A stretch of 64,000 nucleotides of DNA from Thermovirgaceae bacterium. Its GTDB lineage: Bacteria; Synergistota; Synergistia; Synergistales; Thermovirgaceae. The notes under the pieces were generated by a model. That model was not told where the DNA came from and did not search any database. It worked only from the letters and a program-made list of their open reading frames with translations. This document shows positions 1 through 9,224 of this stretch, one piece after another; within the stretch, counting starts at the first letter, position 1; every line of letters starts with the position of its first letter. A program made the translations under genes and the position numbers. Location: NCBI GenBank assembly GCA_040767805.1, contig JAXGNU010000001.1:207059-271058 (forward strand), written 5' to 3'.

Positions 1-36
1 GTGGCCGTCCACGAGAAGAACCGTCCTTTCCGGCAT
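1..36 (-). CDS. polA: 5' end (first 12 codons) of a gene running off the window; probably DNA polymerase I (N-terminal 5'-3' exonuclease/PIN-like domain)
   Basis: Minus strand reads AAGGAG (46-51) then ATG at 36: MPERTVLLVDGH, matching the typical PolA N-terminus (LLxDGH). Only 12 aa are visible. Confidence 0.5.
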   Translation of the reverse strand, partial: MPERTVLLVDGH

Positions 37-131
37 TTGCGGCATCTCCTTCGTCAGGGTTATTTGGGGTATACTGCTGTTCGACTCCAATGCTACCGGA
101 TAGGATACCACCAGGGAAGGATGAACGGGAA

Positions 132-1445
132 ATGACTCCGACCACAAGGGTACGCTTCGCTCCCAGCCCCACGGGGGCCCTCCACATCGGCGGGGCCCAC
201 ACGGCCCTCTTCAACTGGCTCTGGGCCCGCCACAACGGCGGGTCCTTCATCCTGCGCATCGAGGACACGGACCTGGCCCGCTCCACCGAGGAGCACGAGA
301 GGACGATACTCCAGGGGCTGGGCTGGCTGGGGCTCGACTGGGACGAGGGCCCCGACGTGGGCGGGAGCCACGGCCCTTACAGGCAGTCCGAGAGAAGGGA
401 GATCTACCTCCGCCACGCCCACGACCTCGTGAGGTCGGGGCAGGCCTACTGCGAGGGCGAGGCTGTCATCTTCTCCGTCCCCAGGGGTAGGACGGTGGCC
501 TTCGACGACGTCGTCTACGGGCACATCGAGATGGAAAGCGACACCCTGAAGGACATCGTCCTTATAAAGAGCGACGGTTTCCCCACCTACAACTACGCCG
601 TCGTCGTCGACGACCACCTGATGGATATAACATACGTGGTCAGGGGCGAGGACCATATCTCGAACACGCCGAAGCAGATCCTCCTCTACCAGGCCCTGGG
701 CTGGGAGACGCCCCTCTTCGCCCACCTGCCGATGATCCTCGGTCGGGACAAGAAGAAACTATCCAAGAGGCACGGCGCCACCGGCGTCTACGAGTACCGC
801 GACATGGGCTACCACCCCGACGCGCTCTTCAACTACTTCGCGCTGCTGGGGTGGAACCCCGGGGACGACCGGGAGATCTTCACCCGGGGGGAGGCCGTGA
901 GGATGTTCGACCTGTCGAAGGTGACAAAGAAGGCGGCCGTCTTCGACATGGACAAGCTGAACCACGTGAACCAGGCCCACATCGCCATGATGCCGCCCCT
1001 GGAGAGGGCCCGGCACACCTTCCCCTTCTGGGAGGAGGCGGGCCTGGACCCGGGATCGCGGAGCGAGGAGTGGCTGGCGGGGGCCCTGGACCTCCTGGAG
1101 GGGCGGGGCCGGACCTTCCGGGAACTGGCGGAGTACACCGACTACTTCCTCTCCTTCGAGGCGGTGAAAAGGCGCTGGAGCGGGGAAGATATCGACGGGG
1201 AACGCAGTGGGGCCCTCAAGGGTTTCTTCACCGCCATGCTTTCCTTCCCCTCTTGGAAGCCGGAGGAACTGGAAGTGATGGCCAAGGCCTGGTGCGAGGG
1301 GAAGGGGATGAAGATGAAGGACGTGGCCATGCCGCTCCGGTGGGCCCTTACGGGCCGCAGGGTGAGTCCGGGGGTATTCCACGTGGCCGCCTTCCTGGGC
1401 AGGGACGAGGTCAAAAAAAGGCTCTCCCACTACGGCCTGGCCTAG
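132..1445 (+). CDS. gltX: Glutamate--tRNA ligase (compact form lacking the Zn/SWIM insertion)
   Basis: RFAPSPTG-LHIGG (HIGH motif), LRIEDTD, RGEDH, KLSKR (KMSKS motif), C-terminal anticodon domain PLRWALTG; start placed at MTPTTRV. Confidence 0.95.
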   Translation: MTPTTRVRFAPSPTGALHIGGAHTALFNWLWARHNGGSFILRIEDTDLARSTEEHERTILQGLGWLGLDWDEGPDVGGSHGPYRQSERREIYLRHAHDLVRSGQAYCEGEAVIFSVPRGRTVAFDDVVYGHIEMESDTLKDIVLIKSDGFPTYNYAVVVDDHLMDITYVVRGEDHISNTPKQILLYQALGWETPLFAHLPMILGRDKKKLSKRHGATGVYEYRDMGYHPDALFNYFALLGWNPGDDREIFTRGEAVRMFDLSKVTKKAAVFDMDKLNHVNQAHIAMMPPLERARHTFPFWEEAGLDPGSRSEEWLAGALDLLEGRGRTFRELAEYTDYFLSFEAVKRRWSGEDIDGERSGALKGFFTAMLSFPSWKPEELEVMAKAWCEGKGMKMKDVAMPLRWALTGRRVSPGVFHVAAFLGRDEVKKRLSHYGLA

Positions 1446-1469
1446 CGGCCCTCTTGCGGGACCGCTTCT

Positions 1470-2498
1470 TTAGTACTTCCTGAGGAACTTGCCCAGGACC
1501 CTCCCCGGGTCCGAGGGGTAGGCCATGAGGGCGAAGCAGCCCAGGGCGTGGATGAACTCCACGGGATAGTCCATCTGGCCCCAGACCTCGAAGCCCCTCT
1601 GGGAGAGGTAGGCCATGCCCACGTCGTGATAGGCGCCCGGGTCCTTCACGTCGCCTTCGGCCTGGCTGCAGGCTATGACCAGGGGTTTGGCCCCTTCGGG
1701 GTAAGCGGCCGCCACCTCCTCGAGAAGGACCGTGGGGGCGTTTCCCGCCCCGAAACCCAACAGGGCCAGGATCTTCTCGTCGCCCGCCGGGGGCGGGGCC
1801 GAACCCGGCGAGACGAAGAGCCACCGGATGCCCTTCCCCGACCGCCGTGCCTCGTCGGGGGTCATGGCCAGGATCTTTTTGAGGGGTTCGGGGGTCCTCC
1901 CCCTGGGATGGGGCGTTTCGGCTATCTCTCCGCCCCTCGCCCACTCCGGCGCGAAGTAAAGGGGCATCCCCCCCACGGGGATGAAGGCGTCGGGGTGCTG
2001 CGCCCTCGCCTTGTGGGCCCTGTTGCCCTGGATCAGTTTCCAGTTGCAGTAGATCCAGACCCCCGTCAGGTCGGAACAGACCACCTGGGCGGCCCCCCGC
2101 AGGTTCACCGTGACGTCCTCGGGGGTGTAGTCCAGGGTCAGTTGGCTGCCGGTGAGGACCACCGGTATGCCGACGCCGGAGAAGCAGAGGCTGAGCCAGG
2201 CCGCCGAGTGGGCCATGGTGTCGGTGCCGTGGAGGATGAGGACCCCGTCAACGCCCTCCCTCACGGCCCCGTCGATGGCCCGGGTCATCTCCAGCCAGTG
2301 GCCGGGGTCGAGGTTCGAACTGTCAAGCCCCGGTATCCCCCAGGGCTCGAGGCATTCCACCTCCTTGTTCTTCCCTGCGAAGAAGGAGGAGATGCTCTCG
2401 TGCAGGGCCCTCGAGGCCGAGGCGTCGGGACCCTTCCTCTCGCCCAGGAAGGCGCTGGCGATGGTGCCCCCGGTGAAGATCACGAGTACCTTTCCCAT
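1470..2498 (-). CDS. L-asparaginase/glutaminase family protein (type I-like)
   Basis: TGGTI, HGTDTM, LTGSQ and GFGAGN motifs. Confidence 0.88.
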   Translation of the reverse strand: MGKVLVIFTGGTIASAFLGERKGPDASASRALHESISSFFAGKNKEVECLEPWGIPGLDSSNLDPGHWLEMTRAIDGAVREGVDGVLILHGTDTMAHSAAWLSLCFSGVGIPVVLTGSQLTLDYTPEDVTVNLRGAAQVVCSDLTGVWIYCNWKLIQGNRAHKARAQHPDAFIPVGGMPLYFAPEWARGGEIAETPHPRGRTPEPLKKILAMTPDEARRSGKGIRWLFVSPGSAPPPAGDEKILALLGFGAGNAPTVLLEEVAAAYPEGAKPLVIACSQAEGDVKDPGAYHDVGMAYLSQRGFEVWGQMDYPVEFIHALGCFALMAYPSDPGRVLGKFLRKY

Positions 2499-2516
2499 GG
2501 GGACGCCGCCCTTCCC

Positions 2517-3215
2517 CTACCTGGGGCTGATGGCCTTGACGGGGCACACCTCCGCGCAGGCCCCGCAGCCTATGCACTTCTCCTCGTCGATGACGTGCTT
2601 CTCCCTGGGCGCGCCCGAAATGGCCTGGACGGGGCAGACCTTGGAGCACTGGGTGCAGCCGATGCACTTGTCGGGGTCGATATGGTACGTGGCCGTCCCA
2701 GCATCGACGGCCCCCCCGGCTTCCTTCCCCTCCACGGCGTCTTCCGCGCCTTTTGAGTCCTCAGCGCCCCCGGTGTCCTTGTCGCCCCCCGTTTTTTCGG
2801 CGGCGGGCCTCTTGCCCGAGTCCACCACGACCTCCTTCTTGCGCTCGTAGGAGGCGAAGGCGAACTCGTCGGTCATCCAGATGCACTGCACGGGGCATAT
2901 TTCGGTGCATTGGGCGCAGAAGCAGCAGCGGTCCATGTGGAAGAGGACCTTTTTCTCCTCCTCCAGGTAATCGATGGCGTGGGCCGGGCAGACCTTTATG
3001 CAGAGCCGGCAGCCTATGCAGGTCTCCTTGTCGTACCCTATGCGCCCCCGGAACCCCTCGGGCACCTGGACGGGGTCGTTCAGTTCCAGCTTGCCCTCGG
3101 CGGCCGCCTTCAGGGCCTCGGTGAGGCTGTCGGGCATGTGGGCCACGGGGAAGGGGTTGGTGACCGGGTCCTCGCTCCACTGCCTGAATATCTGGATCAT
3201 CATCCTGTTGATCAT
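2517..3215 (-). CDS. mbhN: MbhN/NuoI-like Fe-S subunit with an additional C-terminal 2x[4Fe-4S] ferredoxin domain
   Basis: Four CxxCxxCxxxCP motifs (CIGCRLCIKVCP, CCFCAQCTEICP, CIGCTQCSKVCP, CIGCGACAEVCP); GFRG motif; last position in the mbh operon. Confidence 0.85.
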   Translation of the reverse strand: MINRMMIQIFRQWSEDPVTNPFPVAHMPDSLTEALKAAAEGKLELNDPVQVPEGFRGRIGYDKETCIGCRLCIKVCPAHAIDYLEEEKKVLFHMDRCCFCAQCTEICPVQCIWMTDEFAFASYERKKEVVVDSGKRPAAEKTGGDKDTGGAEDSKGAEDAVEGKEAGGAVDAGTATYHIDPDKCIGCTQCSKVCPVQAISGAPREKHVIDEEKCIGCGACAEVCPVKAISPR

Positions 3216-3227
3216 TTCAACCCCCCC

Positions 3228-4220
3228 TTAAAGGATCACGTCGAGGGACAGCAGCACCATCCCGACCAGGGACAGGCCGGCGATGTGGAACCAGTAGAAT
3301 TGCGAGGCCTGCCATATCTTGAAGCGACCGAAGGCCGTCCTTATGGTCGTCACGCCGACGATCTGTAGCAAAAAGACCTTGACCCAGAAGAAGGCGAAGT
3401 CCGCCAAGAAAAGGAACGGCCCCTTGAGCCCGAAGCGGAGGCCGATGGTCCAGGGGAAAAAGAGGGAGACCACCACGGCGCACATGACCAGCGTCCTCAG
3501 GGAGAAGGCCAGCTTGAACATGGCCAGGTTGCGGCCGGAGTACTCGCAGATGAGCCCCTCGAGGATCTCCGTCTTGGCCTCGGCTATGTCCATGGGCACC
3601 TTCCCCACCTCGGCGGGTACCACGGCCATGAGGGCCGCCAGGAGGCAGACCAGGCCGAAGAGCCCCGTCCAGCCCACGACGCTCCAGACGGGCATGCCCA
3701 CGAAGGTCTCGAGGCTGAAGGGTTCCCCGGGCATGCCCGTCCGGTAGGAGAACCAGGCCAGCGTGACGATGACCACCGCCAGGGGGAGTTCGTAACTCAT
3801 CATGAGGGTCATCTCCCGCTGGGCGCCCACGTTGGCGTAGGTGGAGCCGCTGGCGAAACCGCCCACGGCCATGGCCACCGCCGACAGGCCCAGCAGGTAG
3901 AGGATGAGGATCAGGTCGCCGCTCGCCGCCAGTATCGGGGGGAGCGAACCCATGGGGACGTAAAGGAGGATCATCATCGCCGCGACGGCCGAGACCCAGG
4001 GAGCCCCGTTGAAGGCCCAGGGTATGGCCCTGCGGGGCACTATGTTCTCCTTGCCCAGCAACTTCAGGACGTCGAAGAAGGGCTGGAAGACCGGCGGGCC
4101 GAGGCGCAGCTGCATCCGGGCGTGGATCACCCTGTCGATCCCCTCGAAGAGAAGGGAGAGGAGGAGCGCGAAAAACAGCAGGGCCGTTCCCGCGACCACC
4201 TTGAATTGAAGAAGGATCAT
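3228..4220 (-). CDS. mbhM: Membrane-bound hydrogenase subunit M (NuoH/complex I subunit 1 family)
   Basis: GIDR..HARMQ.R.GPP..QPFFD..KL..KE and P.DIAEA..EI.EG...EYSG motifs; multi-TM; ATGA overlap with mbhL. Confidence 0.9.
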   Translation of the reverse strand: MILLQFKVVAGTALLFFALLLSLLFEGIDRVIHARMQLRLGPPVFQPFFDVLKLLGKENIVPRRAIPWAFNGAPWVSAVAAMMILLYVPMGSLPPILAASGDLILILYLLGLSAVAMAVGGFASGSTYANVGAQREMTLMMSYELPLAVVIVTLAWFSYRTGMPGEPFSLETFVGMPVWSVVGWTGLFGLVCLLAALMAVVPAEVGKVPMDIAEAKTEILEGLICEYSGRNLAMFKLAFSLRTLVMCAVVVSLFFPWTIGLRFGLKGPFLFLADFAFFWVKVFLLQIVGVTTIRTAFGRFKIWQASQFYWFHIAGLSLVGMVLLSLDVIL

Positions 4221-5455
4221 CGTCCCATCAACCTCCTCGTCTTTTCGCGGCACCGCTCGACGAGTTCGGACCTGGTCACGACCTGCTCATGGCCCGAGGA
4301 CCGGTCGGTGACCACCATGCGCTCCATGCAGGAGATGCAGGGGTCGATGCTGTTGATGATGAGCGGCGAGTCGGCCAGTTCGTTGTCGCGGAACATGATC
4401 GGCCACGAGACCGCGTTGGCGTAGGTCGGGGCGCGGACCTTCCACCAGGTGACGTTCTCCTCACCGCCGGTGAGCCTTATGGCGTGGGTGTCGTCCCCCC
4501 GGGGGGCCTCGATGGAACTGAGGCCGGTCCCGTCGGCCTGTTTTAAGAAACTAAGCAGTTTGGTCAGCTTGGGTTCCCACATGAGGTCGCCCGTGGGGAG
4601 CCCGTTCAGGGCGTTCTCGATTATCTCCAGGGACTGGTAGACCTCGAGCACCCTCACGAGGAAACGGTCGAAGACGTCGCCCCGGACCTCCCCCATGTAG
4701 TCCTGGGGGACGACGGGCTTGACGTCCATGTCGCAGTAGGCCTCGTAGGGGGAGGACCACCGGAGGTCCACCCTGAGGCCGCTCCCCCTGGCGGTGGGGC
4801 CCAGGGCGCAATGGGTGACGGCCTCCTCGCCGGTGAGGACGCCCACGTCGCGCATCCTGGCCTTGGCGATGGGGTCGTCGGTGACGACGTCGTAAAACAC
4901 GCCGAACTCGTTCTTGTAAAAGGCGATCATGTCCCGGATGACCTTTTCCACCGACGGGGTGACATCCCTGCGGACGCCGCCGATGGTGCCGGTCCCGTAG
5001 TTGACCCGGTTGCCCGTCAGGGCCTCCAGTACGTCCATGACCTTTTCTCTCAGGATCATCCCCAGGTTGAAGGCCGAGTCGTAGCCGAAGGTGTAGCAGG
5101 CCACCCCGGCCCACAGTATGTGGGAGTGAATCCTCTCCAGTTCCAGCACGATGGTCCTTATGTACTGGGCCCTTGCCGGCACCTCTATTCCGGCGGCATC
5201 CTCCACGGCACGGGTGAAGGTCACGATATGAGCGAAGGAGCATATCCCGCAGATCCGCTCGGCGAGGTAGATGACCTGGATCGGGTTGCGTTCGCGGGCC
5301 ATGAACTCGATGCCCCGGTGGATGGCGCCGGGCCGGATGGTCGCGTCCTTGATACGCTCCCCGTCGACGTCGAGCCAGGCCGTGATGGGCTCCTTGAGGC
5401 CGACGTGGACGGGCCCGATGGGCACTTTATAGGTTTTGTTCGTTCCTTGCGCCAT
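4217..5455 (-). CDS. mbhL: Group 4 [NiFe]-hydrogenase large (catalytic) subunit
   Basis: GPVH..LKEP, L1 motif ERICGICSFAH, L2 motif DPCISCMER followed by a C-terminal extension; EAPRG, RAPT. Confidence 0.95.
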   Translation of the reverse strand: MAQGTNKTYKVPIGPVHVGLKEPITAWLDVDGERIKDATIRPGAIHRGIEFMARERNPIQVIYLAERICGICSFAHIVTFTRAVEDAAGIEVPARAQYIRTIVLELERIHSHILWAGVACYTFGYDSAFNLGMILREKVMDVLEALTGNRVNYGTGTIGGVRRDVTPSVEKVIRDMIAFYKNEFGVFYDVVTDDPIAKARMRDVGVLTGEEAVTHCALGPTARGSGLRVDLRWSSPYEAYCDMDVKPVVPQDYMGEVRGDVFDRFLVRVLEVYQSLEIIENALNGLPTGDLMWEPKLTKLLSFLKQADGTGLSSIEAPRGDDTHAIRLTGGEENVTWWKVRAPTYANAVSWPIMFRDNELADSPLIINSIDPCISCMERMVVTDRSSGHEQVVTRSELVERCREKTRRLMGR

Positions 5456-5467
5456 AGGAGGCACCTC

Positions 5468-6019
5468 CTAGGAGAGTTCCCTGATATCTTCCGGCTTCGG
5501 GCCGGTCTCGTCCCTGCGCCAGGGCTTGATCTCCTCGTCCCAGTCCTCGGGGAGGAAAACCAGGCCCTTGTTGGGCAGCCCGTCGAAGTCCACGCCGAAC
5601 ATCTCGCGGATCTCCCTTTCACTGTACTCCGTCCCGGGGATCCTGTCCCAGAGGGAGGGCATCACGAGGTCGTCCTTGGGCACCACGACGGAGACGGTGA
5701 CGCCGAGCCTCTTGCCCCGGCCGACGCTGCGGAAGATCGAGAAGTGGTAGTTCAGCTCGACGGCGTCGCCGATGTCGTCGCCGGAGGTTATCTGGAAGTG
5801 GGGGAAGTCGATCTCCATCAGGGTGTCCACCATGTCCAGGAAGCGCTGCTTCTCCACCCGCACCCAGAGGCACCGGTAGGAGCCGCCGTTGGCCGCGCCC
5901 CCCCTGTATTCCCGCAGCACCATGTCGTCGGAGGTCTTGCGGAACTTCCTCTTCAGCAGCGAGAGGACCTCCTCGGGGTCCAGGTATTCATCGGTGTAAC
6001 CCCTGCGGCGGAGGCTCAT
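5468..6019 (-). CDS. mbhK: Membrane-bound hydrogenase subunit K (NuoC-like)
   Basis: EREIREMFGV.F.G.P...FLPEDW motif; start MSLRRR has an ATGA overlap with mbhJ. Confidence 0.88.
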   Translation of the reverse strand: MSLRRRGYTDEYLDPEEVLSLLKRKFRKTSDDMVLREYRGGAANGGSYRCLWVRVEKQRFLDMVDTLMEIDFPHFQITSGDDIGDAVELNYHFSIFRSVGRGKRLGVTVSVVVPKDDLVMPSLWDRIPGTEYSEREIREMFGVDFDGLPNKGLVFLPEDWDEEIKPWRRDETGPKPEDIRELS

Positions 6020-6477
6020 TTCGCGGCACCCGCCTTTGCGAGGGTCTCCTTGAGTTTTTCCAGTTTCAGTACCGCCTTGGCGACGCCCTCGATGATGGCC
6101 TCCGGCCTGGGGGGGCACCCGTGGACGTACACGTCGACGGGTATGATGTTGTCCACCGGGCCGTCCAGGTTGTAGGACTTGTAGAAGACGTCGCCCGAAC
6201 CCGCGCAGTTCCCCACGGCGATGACCACCTTGGGGTCGGGCATCTGGGCATAGATCCTCCGCAGCCGACCGGTCATGTACTTCGTCACGGGGCCGGTCAC
6301 GAGCAGTGCGTCGGCGTGGCGGGGGGAGCCCACCAGCTTCATGCCGAAGCGCTCTATGTCATACCTGGGCGTTATGGACGCCACGATCTCGATGTCGCAG
6401 CCGTTGCAGGACCCGCTGTTGCAGTGGAAGACCCAGATGGACTTGGTCAGTATGTCAAGGTAGCGTTCCAGTTTCAT
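6016..6477 (-). CDS. mbhJ: [NiFe]-hydrogenase small subunit (NuoB-like)
   Basis: SCNGCDIE, SPRHAD.LLVTGPVT, GNCA, GCPPRPEAI. Confidence 0.93.
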   Translation of the reverse strand: MKLERYLDILTKSIWVFHCNSGSCNGCDIEIVASITPRYDIERFGMKLVGSPRHADALLVTGPVTKYMTGRLRRIYAQMPDPKVVIAVGNCAGSGDVFYKSYNLDGPVDNIIPVDVYVHGCPPRPEAIIEGVAKAVLKLEKLKETLAKAGAAK

Positions 6478-6489
6478 CGTCCCACCCCC

Positions 6490-6831
6490 CTAAAGAAGGA
6501 CCAGCACCGCTACGACGGCCATGGTGAGCATGAAGTAGCCGACATAATCGCTGCCGATGCCGGTGTGGAGTTCGATCAGCCAGTTGTAATAGGGCTTGAG
6601 GGCCTCCACGAACCCCCAGTAGGCCGAGGCGGCGGGGACCCCCATGTCGGCGCCGTCCTCGGGCACGATGTTGCTGCCGTAGAATATTTCATCCTGCTCG
6701 GTGCCTTCCTTGTAATCGCCGCGCCCCTTGGACCGGATGAACAGGATGACGGCCGAGGCGATCGCGAAGAAAAGGAGCCAGAGGTACACGTCCCAGTAGC
6801 CGAAACCTGAATAGACCTTTTCCCACATCAC
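6490..6831 (-). CDS. mbhI: Membrane-bound hydrogenase subunit I
   Basis: Two TM segments, SGFGYW near the N-terminus, HTG..SDYV motif; lies between mbhH and mbhJ. Confidence 0.8.
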   Translation of the reverse strand: MMWEKVYSGFGYWDVYLWLLFFAIASAVILFIRSKGRGDYKEGTEQDEIFYGSNIVPEDGADMGVPAASAYWGFVEALKPYYNWLIELHTGIGSDYVGYFMLTMAVVAVLVLL

Positions 6832-8393
6832 AGGCCACCTCCCATGACGGCGGAAATGTAGCCCGCCTGGTCGACCAGGGCTTTGGCGGCCGGTTCGACA
6901 AGGTGCGAGAGGGTCCAGCCCGGGAAGAGCGTGACCACCACGATGACCAGGGTGAGCACGGCCATCCCGAAAAGCATGGACACCGGCGCTTCCGCGACCT
7001 TTTCAAAGGCCTTCCTGGCGGGGCCGAGGAAGGCGGTCTGGAAGACCTTGATGAAGGAGGCCAGCGTAAGCACCGAGGTGACCAGGGCCGCCACGGCCAG
7101 CAGCGGGTAGACGGCGAAGGTCGTCTGGTAGATCAGCAATTTCGAGACAAACCCGTTGAAGGGCGGGAGGCCCGCGATGGCGGCGGCGGCGATGACGAAC
7201 ATGAAGGTCGTCTGGGGCATGTTCCTGGCCAGCCCGCCCAGTTCGTTGAGGTCCCGGGTTCCGGCCGAGTAGAAGACGGCGCCGGCGGAGAGGAAGAGCA
7301 AGCCCTTGTACATGGTGTAGTTGAGGATGTGGAATATGCCGCCCTTCATGGCGGTGAAACCGTAATCGGCCATGGCCTGGGGGTCTTTGAGCGAGAGGAG
7401 GCCCACGCCCAGGGCCAACAGGATGTAGCCGATCTGGGAGACCGAATGATAGGCCATGAGCCGTTTCATCTCTTTCTGTATGACCGCCATGGTGACCCCG
7501 ATGAACATGGAGAGGACGCCCATGACGATTATCGTCCAGGGGATCACGACGCTCCCGGCGGTCACGCCGTAAAGGGTGAAGCAGACCCGGAAAAGCCCGT
7601 AGAGCGACGCCTGGCTGACGGCGACCAAAAGGCAGGTGACCCCCGCCGGGGCCTCGGCGTAAGCGTCGGGGGTCCACATGTGCATCGGGACGGCGCCGCT
7701 CTTCATGGCCAGCGACACGACGAGGAAGACCAGGGCGATCTTCTCGGCGTAGCCCATGTGGAGCATCCTGGCGACGGCCGCTATGTTGACGGCGTTGTAC
7801 CGGCCGTAGAGGAACCCGACGGCGATGAGCACGAACATGGCCGACACGGTGGAGACCACCATGTACTTAAAGGAGGCCTCCACCGCTTCGGGGCGGTCCC
7901 TCCAGAAGGCGATGAGACCGAAGGAGGCCACCGAGGCGATCTCCAGGAACACGAAGAAGTTGAAAAGGTCGCCCGTGATCTGCATACCCAGCATCCCCGC
8001 GACCAGGAGGAAGTACAGGGCGGAGAACTTCTCGAGGCCGGTGAACTTGTCCATGAAGCGGAGGGAGAAGAAGGCGCCGGCGAGGGCGGCTATGGAACTG
8101 GTCGCCGCCATGAAGGCGCTGAAGGCGTCGACCTGGATGATGATCCTGATGGGCCAGCTGAGGCCCGAGGGGAGGGTGAAGTTCCAGGATTCACCCCCCA
8201 TCACGTAAACCATCGTCCCCCCCGCGAGGACCCTCTGCAGCAGCATGACGCAGATCGCGGTAGTGGCGATGGAGACGCAAACCATCCACGTGTTGCGCAG
8301 GAATCGTCCCCCGAGGCCGACGACCAGGGAGAGGAAGGCCCCAAGGAGGGGCACGGCCAGGGCCAGCGCTGGAAGGTGCACCTGCCAGTTCAT
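6828..8393 (-). CDS. mbhH: Mrp/MnhD-like ion-translocating subunit (MbhH)
   Basis: TGDLFNFFVFLEI, P.HMW.PDAY..AP, KRLMAYHSVSQIGY, GLPPFNGF.SK; many TM helices. Confidence 0.92.
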   Translation of the reverse strand: MNWQVHLPALALAVPLLGAFLSLVVGLGGRFLRNTWMVCVSIATTAICVMLLQRVLAGGTMVYVMGGESWNFTLPSGLSWPIRIIIQVDAFSAFMAATSSIAALAGAFFSLRFMDKFTGLEKFSALYFLLVAGMLGMQITGDLFNFFVFLEIASVASFGLIAFWRDRPEAVEASFKYMVVSTVSAMFVLIAVGFLYGRYNAVNIAAVARMLHMGYAEKIALVFLVVSLAMKSGAVPMHMWTPDAYAEAPAGVTCLLVAVSQASLYGLFRVCFTLYGVTAGSVVIPWTIIVMGVLSMFIGVTMAVIQKEMKRLMAYHSVSQIGYILLALGVGLLSLKDPQAMADYGFTAMKGGIFHILNYTMYKGLLFLSAGAVFYSAGTRDLNELGGLARNMPQTTFMFVIAAAAIAGLPPFNGFVSKLLIYQTTFAVYPLLAVAALVTSVLTLASFIKVFQTAFLGPARKAFEKVAEAPVSMLFGMAVLTLVIVVVTLFPGWTLSHLVEPAAKALVDQAGYISAVMGGGL

Positions 8394-8737
8394 CCCCTCA
8401 GCCTCCTGATCTCGCGGACGTCGAGGGTCCCGTAATGCCGGTAAAGCAGCATGACCAGCGAAAGGAGCAGCGCCGAGGTGGCCAGCCCGATAACGATGGC
8501 CGTGAGGGTCAGAGCCTGGGGGGTGGGAAGGACCATGGTCTTCACATCCCCCGCCAGGGTGAATATCGGGACGGACCCGCCGGTCCGGTACCCCAGGACG
8601 ATGAGGAGAAGGTTGGCCGAGGCCTCCAGGAGCGATATCCCTATGGCTATCTTGATGAGGTTCCTCTCGGTGAGTATGGCGTATATCCCCAGCAGGAAGA
8701 CGACTCCCACCACGAGGAAGGGGGCGTTACCGGTCAT
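8390..8737 (-). CDS. mbhG: MrpC/MnhC-like subunit (MbhG)
   Basis: NLIK, PQAL.LTAIVIG, YGTLD motifs. Confidence 0.9.
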   Translation of the reverse strand: MTGNAPFLVVGVVFLLGIYAILTERNLIKIAIGISLLEASANLLLIVLGYRTGGSVPIFTLAGDVKTMVLPTPQALTLTAIVIGLATSALLLSLVMLLYRHYGTLDVREIRRLRG

Positions 8738-9224
8738 GGCCTCTCTCACTCCTTCCCTCACGGCCTTCGAAAAGGCGGATACCCTTGAACATGTAGATCA
8801 AGACCAGGGAGAGCCCGCTGACGACCTCCAGGCCCACGGCCATGTTCATTAGCGATATGGTGCCGGCGCTGTTGAGTATGCCGCTGTTGGGCCCGAGGGG
8901 GACCACCGCTCCGAAGAGGCCCCCTTGGCCCGCCAGGAAGTTGTAGAAGAAGGTCGTCCCGATGCCGAGGAACCCGGCGGTTATGAAAACCAGGAGCCCC
9001 GTCGCCTCCATGCCGGTGTATATGCCGGGCTTCACGAAGGAGAGGACCTTTTTCCCGCCGTAGGCGACGAGGAGGAGGGCCGCCATGGTGGCGACCACGG
9101 CCCCTCCCTGGAAACCCCCGCCGGGGGAGATGTGGCCGTGGATGATGACGTAAGCGCCGAAGATGCCCAGGAACCAGGCGAAAATATCACAGATGGTCCT
9201 GACGACGACGGAAAGGGGGTTCAC
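8727..9224 (-). CDS. mbhF: MrpB/MnhB-like subunit (MbhF)
   Basis: GH.SPGGGFQGG motif, GLEV. Confidence 0.9.
   Translation of the reverse strand: MNPLSVVVRTICDIFAWFLGIFGAYVIIHGHISPGGGFQGGAVVATMAALLLVAYGGKKVLSFVKPGIYTGMEATGLLVFITAGFLGIGTTFFYNFLAGQGGLFGAVVPLGPNSGILNSAGTISLMNMAVGLEVVSGLSLVLIYMFKGIRLFEGREGRSERGHDR

Noticed and set aside
1470..2498. Asparaginase next to gltX read as GatD (Glu-tRNA(Gln) amidotransferase)
   Set aside because: It lacks the GatD N-terminal domain, there is no gatE in the window, and it is convergent with gltX rather than co-transcribed.
4217..5455. Possible [NiFeSe] hydrogenase or Ni-less Mbx/Mbs complex
   Set aside because: All four Ni-site cysteines are encoded as Cys (RICGIC, DPCISC), with no in-frame TGA.
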